NCBI GenBank assembly: GCA_964645535.1
Contig: CAZYCQ010000065.1
Coordinates: forward strand, 1 to 17,225
From: an uncultured archaeon
GTDB taxonomy: Archaea; Asgardarchaeota; Heimdallarchaeia; Heimdallarchaeales; Kariarchaeaceae
Direction of reading: 5' to 3'
DNA: 17,225 bases
Shown here in pieces: positions 1 through 7,824 of this stretch. A program made the translations under genes and the position numbers. The notes below the pieces were generated by a model. The model was not told the origin of the DNA. It worked only from the letters and a program-made list of their open reading frames with translations, and searched no databases. Each line of letters begins with the position of its first letter. Position 1 is the first letter of the stretch.

Positions 1-1710
1 AAGGGCAAAGGCCAATATCAGCATTGCGGGGGAGTTGATGAGGGCAATGAATGGATTATCATCGAAAAACGTATTGTAGAATTGAGAAAATACGATCAGA
101 GTCAGTAGGAAGGATACAACAATGGGTATTCTTTTTCTTTGACTGGGAGAGAGATTAAGGAGTTTATTGATTTTTTCCAATGGTGAAGGAGCGGTTTCAT
201 TAATCACTACAGGAGTTTCTTTATGTTTTGACGTTGGGTTAGGGAAGATTATGGCGATCACAAAAGCCAGGAAGAAAATGATTTGGAACCACAAACGGTT
301 TTCCAATGGAACAAAAAGAGAGACAATCCAGTCAACAAATATCCAAGACATTGGAAATACACTGAGGAGAAGTATTTTCAATCCCCAATAATTCACGGCA
401 GGAGCATCCATTTTAAATCTTGGATCGAAAATCTTTTTCCAAGCCTCATGGAGAAGTTTTCCAAGCCTTATATGAAAGGTCTTTTTCCGGTATGGCGCCA
501 GAGCCAAAATTAGGAACGGCATTAGAAAAGGGGTATAGTATTTGTAGATTCCTCTACCGATGGTTCCATGAGCAAAGAAGTAATATAATGCGGCAAATCT
601 GAAGAAAAGATATGGACGTTCTTCCAAGATCCTGTATGCAGAGAACGCAAAATAGGATATAAGGAACAGTCCACCTACGAAGAGTATTTGAGTATCCACT
701 AGAATATGAAGGAAATTAGCAAGTCCGTAATCTTCTTGTGCAACTGCTGAAGATACAAGATTGGGAGCCACCCCTCCATTTTCCTGCAAGAATTCAAGTG
801 TTGGGACAGAAGAAGGCGCTCTTGATGCGAGGAATAATTTCACAATATATAGGTACGGTGTCAGAACAATATATGGCATAGAAAATATGAGAGACCAGAT
901 GATGAATTCAACCAAAAAGGCAAAACCTCTCAACCATCCATACCTACGTACCATCAACATAAGAGCAGGCATGGCGAAGAGCAATGGGAATTGCTTTGTC
1001 AAGAATCCCAAGGAAAGAATCACAAATCCCCATGAATCATGGTGTTCAAGATAGAACCAAAGATAGAGAACCGCGAAGAAGGTCATTTGAGGGGTGTTCA
1101 AACCATAAATATTTGCATAAAAGAGGGAGATAGGGGTAATGGTATGGAGGAAACCAAGGATAAGGGCAATTCCATTCCCCGTCACCCTTTTTGCAAGAAC
1201 ATAGACCAACACTGAGGTTAGTGAATCAAATATGACATTTGAAACCAAGACAGATTGTCTGGCATCAAGACCAAAGAATATTTTGCCTAGACTGATCCAC
1301 ACAATATAAAGTGGTCCGTAAACGTACCCACCCATCCTTTCAGGATGAAAGATGGCAGTCTGTTCTCCTTCATAAGGATTCCATCCTTGAGAAAAGTTGT
1401 CAACATAGGGAAGGTAATACCAGCTGAAATCAACATATCCTTCCACCACAATGGACTCTCCGGGTTTCCAACCGAAAAGAGATGTCAACCAGTACAATTC
1501 TTCATGAGTATTGATAAAACTGAATGAGGTATTATTGCCGACAACATCCAAGTAATAGCCAATGATGAAAAATTTCAGCCAATAGGAGATAGAAAAGATA
1601 AGAAGACAGAAAATCAGATCGGTCAATCTATCTTGATGTTCTTGTTTTTCAGGGACAGACTGTTCTGGAGTTTCGCGAACGAATTCTACAATTGCATTAA
1701 TAGCTGACAA
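1..1710 (-). CDS. Polytopic GT-C superfamily glycosyltransferase (GT87/DUF2029, PIG-M/PimE-like mannosyltransferase-type); 3' end truncated by the window edge
   Basis: Not in the ORF track because there is no stop in the window. Manual translation shows the frame is open from TTG at 1710 (in-frame TAG upstream at 1737-1735) through position 1, at least 570 codons. It has an N-terminal TM (DLIFCLLIFSISYWLKFFIIG), a loop EGYVDFSWYY...GWNPY...GGYVYGPLYIVW, then LGFLTKQFPLL and RGIYKYYTPFLMPF among many hydrophobic segments. These are typical GT-C/GT87 motifs. The start codon is uncertain. Confidence 0.8.
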   Translation of the reverse strand, partial: MSAINAIVEFVRETPEQSVPEKQEHQDRLTDLIFCLLIFSISYWLKFFIIGYYLDVVGNNTSFSFINTHEELYWLTSLFGWKPGESIVVEGYVDFSWYYLPYVDNFSQGWNPYEGEQTAIFHPERMGGYVYGPLYIVWISLGKIFFGLDARQSVLVSNVIFDSLTSVLVYVLAKRVTGNGIALILGFLHTITPISLFYANIYGLNTPQMTFFAVLYLWFYLEHHDSWGFVILSLGFLTKQFPLLFAMPALMLMVRRYGWLRGFAFLVEFIIWSLIFSMPYIVLTPYLYIVKLFLASRAPSSVPTLEFLQENGGVAPNLVSSAVAQEDYGLANFLHILVDTQILFVGGLFLISYFAFSAYRILEERPYLFFRFAALYYFFAHGTIGRGIYKYYTPFLMPFLILALAPYRKKTFHIRLGKLLHEAWKKIFDPRFKMDAPAVNYWGLKILLLSVFPMSWIFVDWIVSLFVPLENRLWFQIIFFLAFVIAIIFPNPTSKHKETPVVINETAPSPLEKINKLLNLSPSQRKRIPIVVSFLLTLIVFSQFYNTFFDDNPFIALINSPAMLILAFAL

Positions 1711-1791
1711 CTTAATTTCAGAAATTTTAATGCACTAAAAAAGAATTCCTCTGAAACACATGGATTTGATATTTCAAGAAGTTGAGGCAAC

Positions 1792-2655
1792 TCAATTTTC
1801 AGGGTTTGTCTTTTCTTTGTACCAGATGCGAATATTGTTTTCTTCGATATATTTGGTTGCTTTATTGTAGACTCTTGCAATTATCCATAGGAGGAGGAAG
1901 AGATATGGGATCTGGAGGAATTCATTATCTAAAACCCGGAGATACCGAGCTGCTTGACTCACCTTTTGTATTGAGTGATCCATTCTGTAGATAATTTTTT
2001 GGTTCTCGTCTCTTTTGATAATGTGGACAGCAGTTCTTTCTATAAGACCGGATTCAAAGTTGTTGGTATTCAGTTCTACATTGACAGTCAGATTTCTTAG
2101 TTGTCCATCTATTGATGCAAGTTGAATGAATTCAAAATTGAAATTCAGGAAAGTCTTCTCGCTTTCTAGGTTGAATCTACAACTGGATTGTTCGCAATAG
2201 ATGGCAGAAAGAAAATTGGTTTCAGTGTTGTTGAATGGATAGAGTTCAGGATTGACATTATCTCGCACCAAGAGAGGAATGGCGTCAAATTCTGTGGCCA
2301 AACGACCCTCTTGTGCAAAATAAAATATGAAATTTGCTCTTTTCAATGGTTGGCTCATTTTTTTCACATCCCCGTCAGTTCCTTCCTTAACGACATTAAG
2401 ATTGACAATGTTGCTTCCATATACAGGTTCAAAGCTTTCCAGAAAGAAGGTTTGCGTTGATTTGAATCTGAAATATTGCCCTCCATAAATTGAATATCCA
2501 GATCTGGTTTCTGTGAACACCCAACCTTTTGTTGTTATTGGATTCGAAACGATCATGCTCACAGGGACAATCACAAGCATCGTAATTAGAGCCAAATAAA
2601 AAAGCAAATTTGAGATTTTCATTACTTTTTGATTTCTCAAATCCGTTATAACCAT
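1792..2655 (-). CDS. Hypothetical membrane protein: N-terminal signal/TM, ~200-aa beta-rich extracytoplasmic domain, C-terminal TM
   Basis: 287-aa ORF with hydrophobic LLFYLALITMLVIVPVSMIV near the N terminus and FLQIPYLFLLLWIIARV near the C terminus. N-glycosylation sequons NNT and NLT. Starts 11 bp after the upstream gene's stop. The true start could be MKISNL at 2622. Confidence 0.75.
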   Translation of the reverse strand: MVITDLRNQKVMKISNLLFYLALITMLVIVPVSMIVSNPITTKGWVFTETRSGYSIYGGQYFRFKSTQTFFLESFEPVYGSNIVNLNVVKEGTDGDVKKMSQPLKRANFIFYFAQEGRLATEFDAIPLLVRDNVNPELYPFNNTETNFLSAIYCEQSSCRFNLESEKTFLNFNFEFIQLASIDGQLRNLTVNVELNTNNFESGLIERTAVHIIKRDENQKIIYRMDHSIQKVSQAARYLRVLDNEFLQIPYLFLLLWIIARVYNKATKYIEENNIRIWYKEKTNPEN

Positions 2656-2666
2656 TTAGTTGCAAT

Positions 2667-3275
2667 CTATAATGTTTCGGATGGAGTTGTTTTGAGGAGG
2701 GAGTAAACCTTTACAAATCGGTGTAGAGCAGTGATCGCGGTAAGAACCAAGAGAACTTGAACAATAACCACTACTGCTACTTCTCCGATAAGATAACCTA
2801 GGAAGCCTGCCATAAAGAGAAATGTCATTCTTTCAGCTCTTTCCATAATCCCGATTCCAGCAAGACTGACACCCAAACCTTCACCTCTTGCTCTAAGGTA
2901 CGAAACTGAGAATGCAGCAGCCAAGAGAGAAATGGCTGCAAGTTGATTTTTGACCTCAGTGAATCCTAGGACTAGACCAATATAGATCGCAGCTTCGCCA
3001 ATTCTGTCGGCAACAGAGTCTAAAAATGCACCATGGTTTGAAACCATCCCCCTGATTCTTGCAACACCTCCATCAAGAGTATCCATCAGACCACCAAGCA
3101 GGATTGCAAGGGCTGCTACCCCATAATCATGAGCATAAAATGCCCAGCCACCAATAATGCTAAAAGCCAAACCGATAGTGGTAATAAAGTTCGGAGTAAC
3201 ACCCAGTTTTGCGAGAAAAGCATACAACGGTTTCATCAGTTTAGTGAATGGGGCTCGGAATTGATTCAAAACCAT
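2667..3275 (-). CDS. pgsA: CDP-alcohol phosphatidyltransferase, archaetidylinositol-phosphate synthase / PIP synthase-like
   Basis: TPNFIT plus the signature DTLDGGVAR-x8-GAFLDSVADR (DxxDGxxAR...GxxxDxxxD). SYLRARGEGLG...GIMERAER resembles the inositol-phosphate-binding arginine motifs of the AIPS/PIPS subfamily. About 6 TMs, 202 aa. Confidence 0.88.
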   Translation of the reverse strand: MVLNQFRAPFTKLMKPLYAFLAKLGVTPNFITTIGLAFSIIGGWAFYAHDYGVAALAILLGGLMDTLDGGVARIRGMVSNHGAFLDSVADRIGEAAIYIGLVLGFTEVKNQLAAISLLAAAFSVSYLRARGEGLGVSLAGIGIMERAERMTFLFMAGFLGYLIGEVAVVVIVQVLLVLTAITALHRFVKVYSLLKTTPSETL

Positions 3276-3305
3276 GGATATCTATACTCATATAATACAA
3301 TTAAG

Positions 3306-3312
3306 TTTATAA
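3306..3312 (-). promoter_or_regulatory. Putative archaeal TATA box (TTATAAA) for the pgsA-like gene
   Basis: Minus strand reads caaaacaaTTATAAActt, 31-37 bp upstream of the ATG at 3275 in a 113-bp AT-rich intergenic region, with an A-rich BRE-like stretch just upstream. Confidence 0.4.
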
Positions 3313-3383
3313 TTGTTTTGAAAATTTTTGGGATTTAAAATCTGAAGATTAAATTTACGTGATTTCGTTCAACCATTCGTTCG

Positions 3384-3388
3384 AAAAA
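3384..3388 (-). terminator. Possible oligo-T archaeal terminator after the 1477-aa gene
   Basis: TTTTT immediately follows the TAA stop on the minus strand. Weak evidence only. Confidence 0.25.
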
Positions 3389-6300
3389 TTACCATCGAGG
3401 CATTGCCCGATAGGAGCTCACCAAGGTTCCAAGTTCTTCTACGAGAATCGGATCCTGGGTGACAATGCCGTAAACATCCTTATTTGTCACTGGAAGGCCA
3501 ATAAGAACCTCTTCTCCATCACGTGTTGCGATGATCATTTTCAGGCTCTCAGCGCCAAAACCTTTAGGTTGGTATTTACGGAATTGGATGTTGTTATCTG
3601 ATTTCCGCATCTTTTCCATTACCTGTTGATCTTTGGGACTGTGGGCCGTGGGATCAGTGATGATAGTGACTGATTTTCTTCCATATTCTTCCCAAACCCT
3701 GCTGTCCACCCAATCAATGGTGGGGGTAACAATTGTTAGATTGGATTTGGTTCGCATGATCAGGGCATTGAGGTCTGATATCAGAGCTTCTTTGGTTGCA
3801 TCGATATAGGTGGTTTCAACCAACTTGGGATCAAAGGCTTGAGCACCTTCTGCAATCTGCCTAAGAAGGTTCATTGCCTTGCCTGCTGCATCCAAAGTTT
3901 CGTTGATTACCTCAGGTATCTTGGAAATGGTGGCGGATATTTCTTGCCTGTCTTTTTGGATTTCTGTCTCGATGCTTTTTGTCAACGAGGATTCAAACGT
4001 CTGAACATCAGTTTTTAGTTTGGAGGAGGTTTCATCCAATTTGGCCTTGACCTCGTCAATGTGTGATCTGAACCGATCGTTCATTGCACCCATATCCTTT
4101 CCTAGGCTTTCATCAACAATCTTCTCATAGGATGTTGTTTCATTGCGTAGATTTGTTTCAATTGTGCCCAAAGCAGATGCATTGCTCTCTGTAATTTCTG
4201 AAATCTTGCCCTGCAGATTGCCTGCTGTATTTGTCACATTGGTCTTGATTTGCTCGATTGCGTTGAGGACTAAGTTTTCAACAGTTCCTTGGACATTTGA
4301 AACTGCACCATTCACTTCAGTCTGAAGATCCATTATTTGTGAATTGACGAAGCTTTGGGTATTTTCTACAAAGGATACCAATTCGTCAATCTGTGAGTTA
4401 ATCATGTCTTGGAGTTGTTGCTTTGTCTCTTCATTGAAAGAACCGATGGAATCCTTGAAATTATTAAGTTTGGTCTCTAATTCCCCAACAAGTTGGGCTC
4501 TAATACCTTCAACACTGTCCACAAATTTGTTAAATTCGTCAAGCACGGCTTTGGTTGATTGCAAGATTGTTTCAACATTGGAAAGGGGTTCCTTGTATAT
4601 GTTTTCAACTGCTTTTGAAGCTTTGTCTGCTTCCTTCTTGGTTAAGTCTGCAAATTTCTTGTCCAAGCTTTCTGCTGACTTTTTGATCTGCAGGAGAGGT
4701 TTGCTCACATCATCATTCATAGTTTTTGCAGATGTATCAATGGCACTTTCAGCCTTTGAGAATGATTCCTTGAGGGAAGCGAGTGTGGACTGCAAATTGT
4801 CTTCCTGAACCTGTTTGGCGTTTTCCAATGTTGATGAAAGCCGGTCGTTGGTTTCTGCCTGAATTTTATCTAGATTGGAGTTGAAATCTTCGAACTTAGC
4901 AGAGATATCGGCAAGTCTTGCTTGGGTATCCTCCTTAAGATTTCCCGTCTCTGCTTGGACACCGGTTTCAATTTCCTCGATACGGGTCTGGACGGTCTTC
5001 TCAAGTGAATCAATGGTGACATCAGATTTACTTCTCAGTTCCTCCTTGGTTCGGGAGATCACATCATGAAGTGAATTTCCCATGTTCTCCGAAAAGTCTT
5101 CCATTACTTGCAACTGCTGTTGGAGGTTTTCCTTGTTTGTTTCAACAAGTTCGTTTTTCATCTCTCCTGCTTCATCAACAGAGGAAGTAACTTGAGTGTT
5201 GACCTTGGCATTGATTTCCTCGACGTTTTTCTTTACGTTATCAAGGAGAGAATCGTAGTCTTCTTTAAGAGCAGAAACCAATTCATCCTGTGATTTCAAA
5301 ACGATGTTTTCTTGGGAGTTGGCATCCACCCCTGTAGCGAGATATTGTGCCTTCCCTATTAAGGAGGAGACAGGACCAACGAACGTGGTTGACAATTCAT
5401 TCTTTATTTTGTCTTCCATTTCATTGAGCAATTCTTCACTAGATGACGATACGTTGGTCATAAAAGATGAATGTGAATTCCCTAAGTTTTGAGTGAGCGT
5501 ATCTATAGCTGCCTCAATCTTGGAGGTTTGGGAATAGACAAGGTTTTCAACCTTTTCAACTTCATCCTGAACTGTCTTTCCCAGTGATCTCAAAACGACA
5601 TTCTGTGTTTCTTCAGTATCTTGTGTTGCTTTAAGAAGCATATTTCCCAGATTTTGAGACATCCGTTCATAATCAGACTTGATTCTTCGATGTTCTTCCA
5701 GTTTTTGGATGACAAAATCCTTCTTTCCGAACATACCTTTGGTGTTGTCCTCCAATGCCTTTTCAAGATCCTTAAGGAGTTTTTCTGATTTGGATTTGTA
5801 CGATTCAAATTCTCTGATCAGGTTGCTTAACTGATCTGCATGGTCACTAAACATTGTCTCAATTTCTTGTGGAAGTTCTTCACGGATGGTTACAATATTC
5901 AGTTCAAAGTCCGATTTGAATTTAGATATGTCTTCCTTGCTTTTCTGTTTAAGATTTTCCATATCGGATTTGAAGGATTCAAGGCTTGTTGAGGCCACTT
6001 CCTTGAACTTGGAAAGGGATTGATCTTTAACCTCCCGTATTGTGTGTGAGAAAGAAGATATGAGTTTGTCCTTGGAACTGGTTGCATCAATCTGAAGCTT
6101 TTCAGCTTCGGAGTTGAACTGTTCAATCTGTTCTTTCTGCTTTTCTAGGATTTCATTTCTCTTTTCTTCGAATTGACTGAAGTCAGAGGCAATTGATTGC
6201 TCGAATTGCTGAACATCCGTGTTCAATGATTGGGTAAGTTCTTCTCTAAAGGAAGCAAGATATTTGGAAATGGCTTGATGGAAGTTTTCCAATTTTTCTT

Positions 6301-7822
6301 CAGCGCTTGCAGCCAATTGTTCCGCTTTTGATTTTGCATCATTTACAAATCCTTCCCGTTGCACGGTTGCTTCATTTTCGATGGATCCTAGGGTTGCATC
6401 AATATCTGTATTGATTTTATCCAAGGAGGCCTTCAATTCCTCTTTTGTTTCTACAAGAAATTGAGAGATGAATTTCTGCAAGGATGTAAGTTCAGAAGTA
6501 ATATGTTCTACCGATTTGGTCGAAGCATCTACCAATTGATCCCGGAATACAAGATTGTTTTGTTGGACTTCGTTGAACTTTTCTTTCAGATTCTCCTGCA
6601 TTTGGAGGTTGAGATCATCTAAATCCTTATCCAACGTGTTTTTGTTTTGTCGGAGACCTTCTTCGATTGTCTTATGTGCATTGTTCAATTCAGACTTGGT
6701 CTGATCAAGGATCTTGGTGAGACCTTCGACGGCAGATTTTTGGGTATCGTCGATTGCCTTGACCAAACCTTCCTTGATTGAATTGACTTGGTTTTGGATA
6801 GTTGATTGCAATCCCTTGACTGCATCCTGTGTTACAGAAATGGCTTGCTTTTCAGCATCTTGCATTCCTCTTTTGATGGTGTCAGAGGTTTCAGACAAGA
6901 TTGAAGCCGTTTCCTGATATTTTGACTTGATTTTGTCATGTGAGCTTTTGAATTCAGAATCGGTAGAAAGAAGATGATCTGCTGTAAAGGAATCCGAAGT
7001 GGATGAAATATGATTAGCAAGCTCCTCTATTTTGGATAGAGCTATATTTCTGTGTTCCTCAACTTGAGTTTTGTTTTGATCTGCTATTTGTCCAATTGCC
7101 TGATCAACAACAGTAACTCGTGCAGATACAGACATTCCCAGTTCATTTGCATAATCAACGATTTCTGTCTTTGTTTCCTTGGTGACTTGATCTAGAAGCT
7201 GATGATGTTCCGCAATGGCATTATTGAGATTTTGCAGAGTTGCCTCCTTTGTTGCAGAGAGTTCATTGATTTCCCGGTTGATTGCATCTGCCACATTTTG
7301 GATTGGAGGGATGATTGCTGCCTTGACATTCTTGCCTAGATTAGATGACAGTTCCTCCATCGATTCCTTTTCAGAGTCTGCCAGTTTATCGAAAACTTCT
7401 TTCTGAGAGGCCGTGACATGATCAATGTCTGACGCAAATTTCGTGACTGCTTCGGATTTGGCTTGTTGAAACTCATCCTTGAATTGGAGGAGCTGTGTTT
7501 CTCCATTTTTCCAAATATCATTGACCTTATTCCCAATCTCCCCTAACCTAGTCGCGAGTCGGTTGCTCACATCAGCTCCAAGAACAATTTTTGGCGCCTC
7601 TGGGATGTAGATTCTTGATTCTTCACCTTTTATTGCAATGGATTTTACGTATCCTTTTTCTTCAAGTACTTTCAAGGCATTGGTTACTTCATCCAATGAA
7701 TGACCATCCAGGTAGGCGGTCACTTGTCCAGGCGTTCTGAAGCCAAACCCCACCAAGATTTCATAAGTCTTGGCCTCAAGCTCTGAGAAACCCAATGCTT
7801 GCAAGTCATTTCCGAGACTCAT
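3389..7822 (-). CDS. Giant TrmB-family protein: N-terminal TrmB-like winged HTH, ~1250-aa hendecad (apolipoprotein-like) helical region, C-terminal inactive PLD-fold (TrmB/TrmBL2 effector-type) domain
   Basis: aa 1-78 LQALGFSELEAKTYEILV...EVTNALKVLEEKGYV...IYIPEAP match the TrmB wHTH pattern. aa ~80-1330 are acidic and helical with 4-4-3 hydrophobic spacing. The C terminus LNALIMRTKSNLTIVTP...VTIITD...KMIIATRDGEEVLIG...GIVTQDPILVEEL follows a PLD-like fold with a degenerate HxKxxxxD motif. Strong SD GGAGGT upstream. Confidence 0.85.
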   Translation of the reverse strand: MSLGNDLQALGFSELEAKTYEILVGFGFRTPGQVTAYLDGHSLDEVTNALKVLEEKGYVKSIAIKGEESRIYIPEAPKIVLGADVSNRLATRLGEIGNKVNDIWKNGETQLLQFKDEFQQAKSEAVTKFASDIDHVTASQKEVFDKLADSEKESMEELSSNLGKNVKAAIIPPIQNVADAINREINELSATKEATLQNLNNAIAEHHQLLDQVTKETKTEIVDYANELGMSVSARVTVVDQAIGQIADQNKTQVEEHRNIALSKIEELANHISSTSDSFTADHLLSTDSEFKSSHDKIKSKYQETASILSETSDTIKRGMQDAEKQAISVTQDAVKGLQSTIQNQVNSIKEGLVKAIDDTQKSAVEGLTKILDQTKSELNNAHKTIEEGLRQNKNTLDKDLDDLNLQMQENLKEKFNEVQQNNLVFRDQLVDASTKSVEHITSELTSLQKFISQFLVETKEELKASLDKINTDIDATLGSIENEATVQREGFVNDAKSKAEQLAASAEEKLENFHQAISKYLASFREELTQSLNTDVQQFEQSIASDFSQFEEKRNEILEKQKEQIEQFNSEAEKLQIDATSSKDKLISSFSHTIREVKDQSLSKFKEVASTSLESFKSDMENLKQKSKEDISKFKSDFELNIVTIREELPQEIETMFSDHADQLSNLIREFESYKSKSEKLLKDLEKALEDNTKGMFGKKDFVIQKLEEHRRIKSDYERMSQNLGNMLLKATQDTEETQNVVLRSLGKTVQDEVEKVENLVYSQTSKIEAAIDTLTQNLGNSHSSFMTNVSSSSEELLNEMEDKIKNELSTTFVGPVSSLIGKAQYLATGVDANSQENIVLKSQDELVSALKEDYDSLLDNVKKNVEEINAKVNTQVTSSVDEAGEMKNELVETNKENLQQQLQVMEDFSENMGNSLHDVISRTKEELRSKSDVTIDSLEKTVQTRIEEIETGVQAETGNLKEDTQARLADISAKFEDFNSNLDKIQAETNDRLSSTLENAKQVQEDNLQSTLASLKESFSKAESAIDTSAKTMNDDVSKPLLQIKKSAESLDKKFADLTKKEADKASKAVENIYKEPLSNVETILQSTKAVLDEFNKFVDSVEGIRAQLVGELETKLNNFKDSIGSFNEETKQQLQDMINSQIDELVSFVENTQSFVNSQIMDLQTEVNGAVSNVQGTVENLVLNAIEQIKTNVTNTAGNLQGKISEITESNASALGTIETNLRNETTSYEKIVDESLGKDMGAMNDRFRSHIDEVKAKLDETSSKLKTDVQTFESSLTKSIETEIQKDRQEISATISKIPEVINETLDAAGKAMNLLRQIAEGAQAFDPKLVETTYIDATKEALISDLNALIMRTKSNLTIVTPTIDWVDSRVWEEYGRKSVTIITDPTAHSPKDQQVMEKMRKSDNNIQFRKYQPKGFGAESLKMIIATRDGEEVLIGLPVTNKDVYGIVTQDPILVEELGTLVSSYRAMPRW

Positions 7823-7824
7823 GG

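Noticed and set aside
167-1994. Small ORFs in the track (167..391, 283..513, 420..602, 761..1054, 1345..1527, 1686..1880, 1782..1994)
   Set aside because: They overlap the open GT-C frame or the 287-aa gene and have no recognisable features.
3364-3382. TTCGTTC direct repeat (3364-3370 and 3376-3382) downstream of the giant gene
   Set aside because: Only two 7-bp copies, compatible with chance, and not a CRISPR or iteron array.
3389-3800. Active phospholipase D / Nuc-type nuclease effector
   Set aside because: The HxKxxxxD motif is degenerate (SLKMIIATRD, no His), consistent with the non-catalytic TrmB-type domain.
3389-7822. SMC/Rad50, methyl-accepting chemotaxis protein or phage tape-measure annotation for the 1477-aa protein
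   Set aside because: No Walker A/B or ABC signature, no hinge or CxxC hook, no TM and no MCP signalling-tip motif. There are no viral structural genes nearby, and the termini are TrmB-like.
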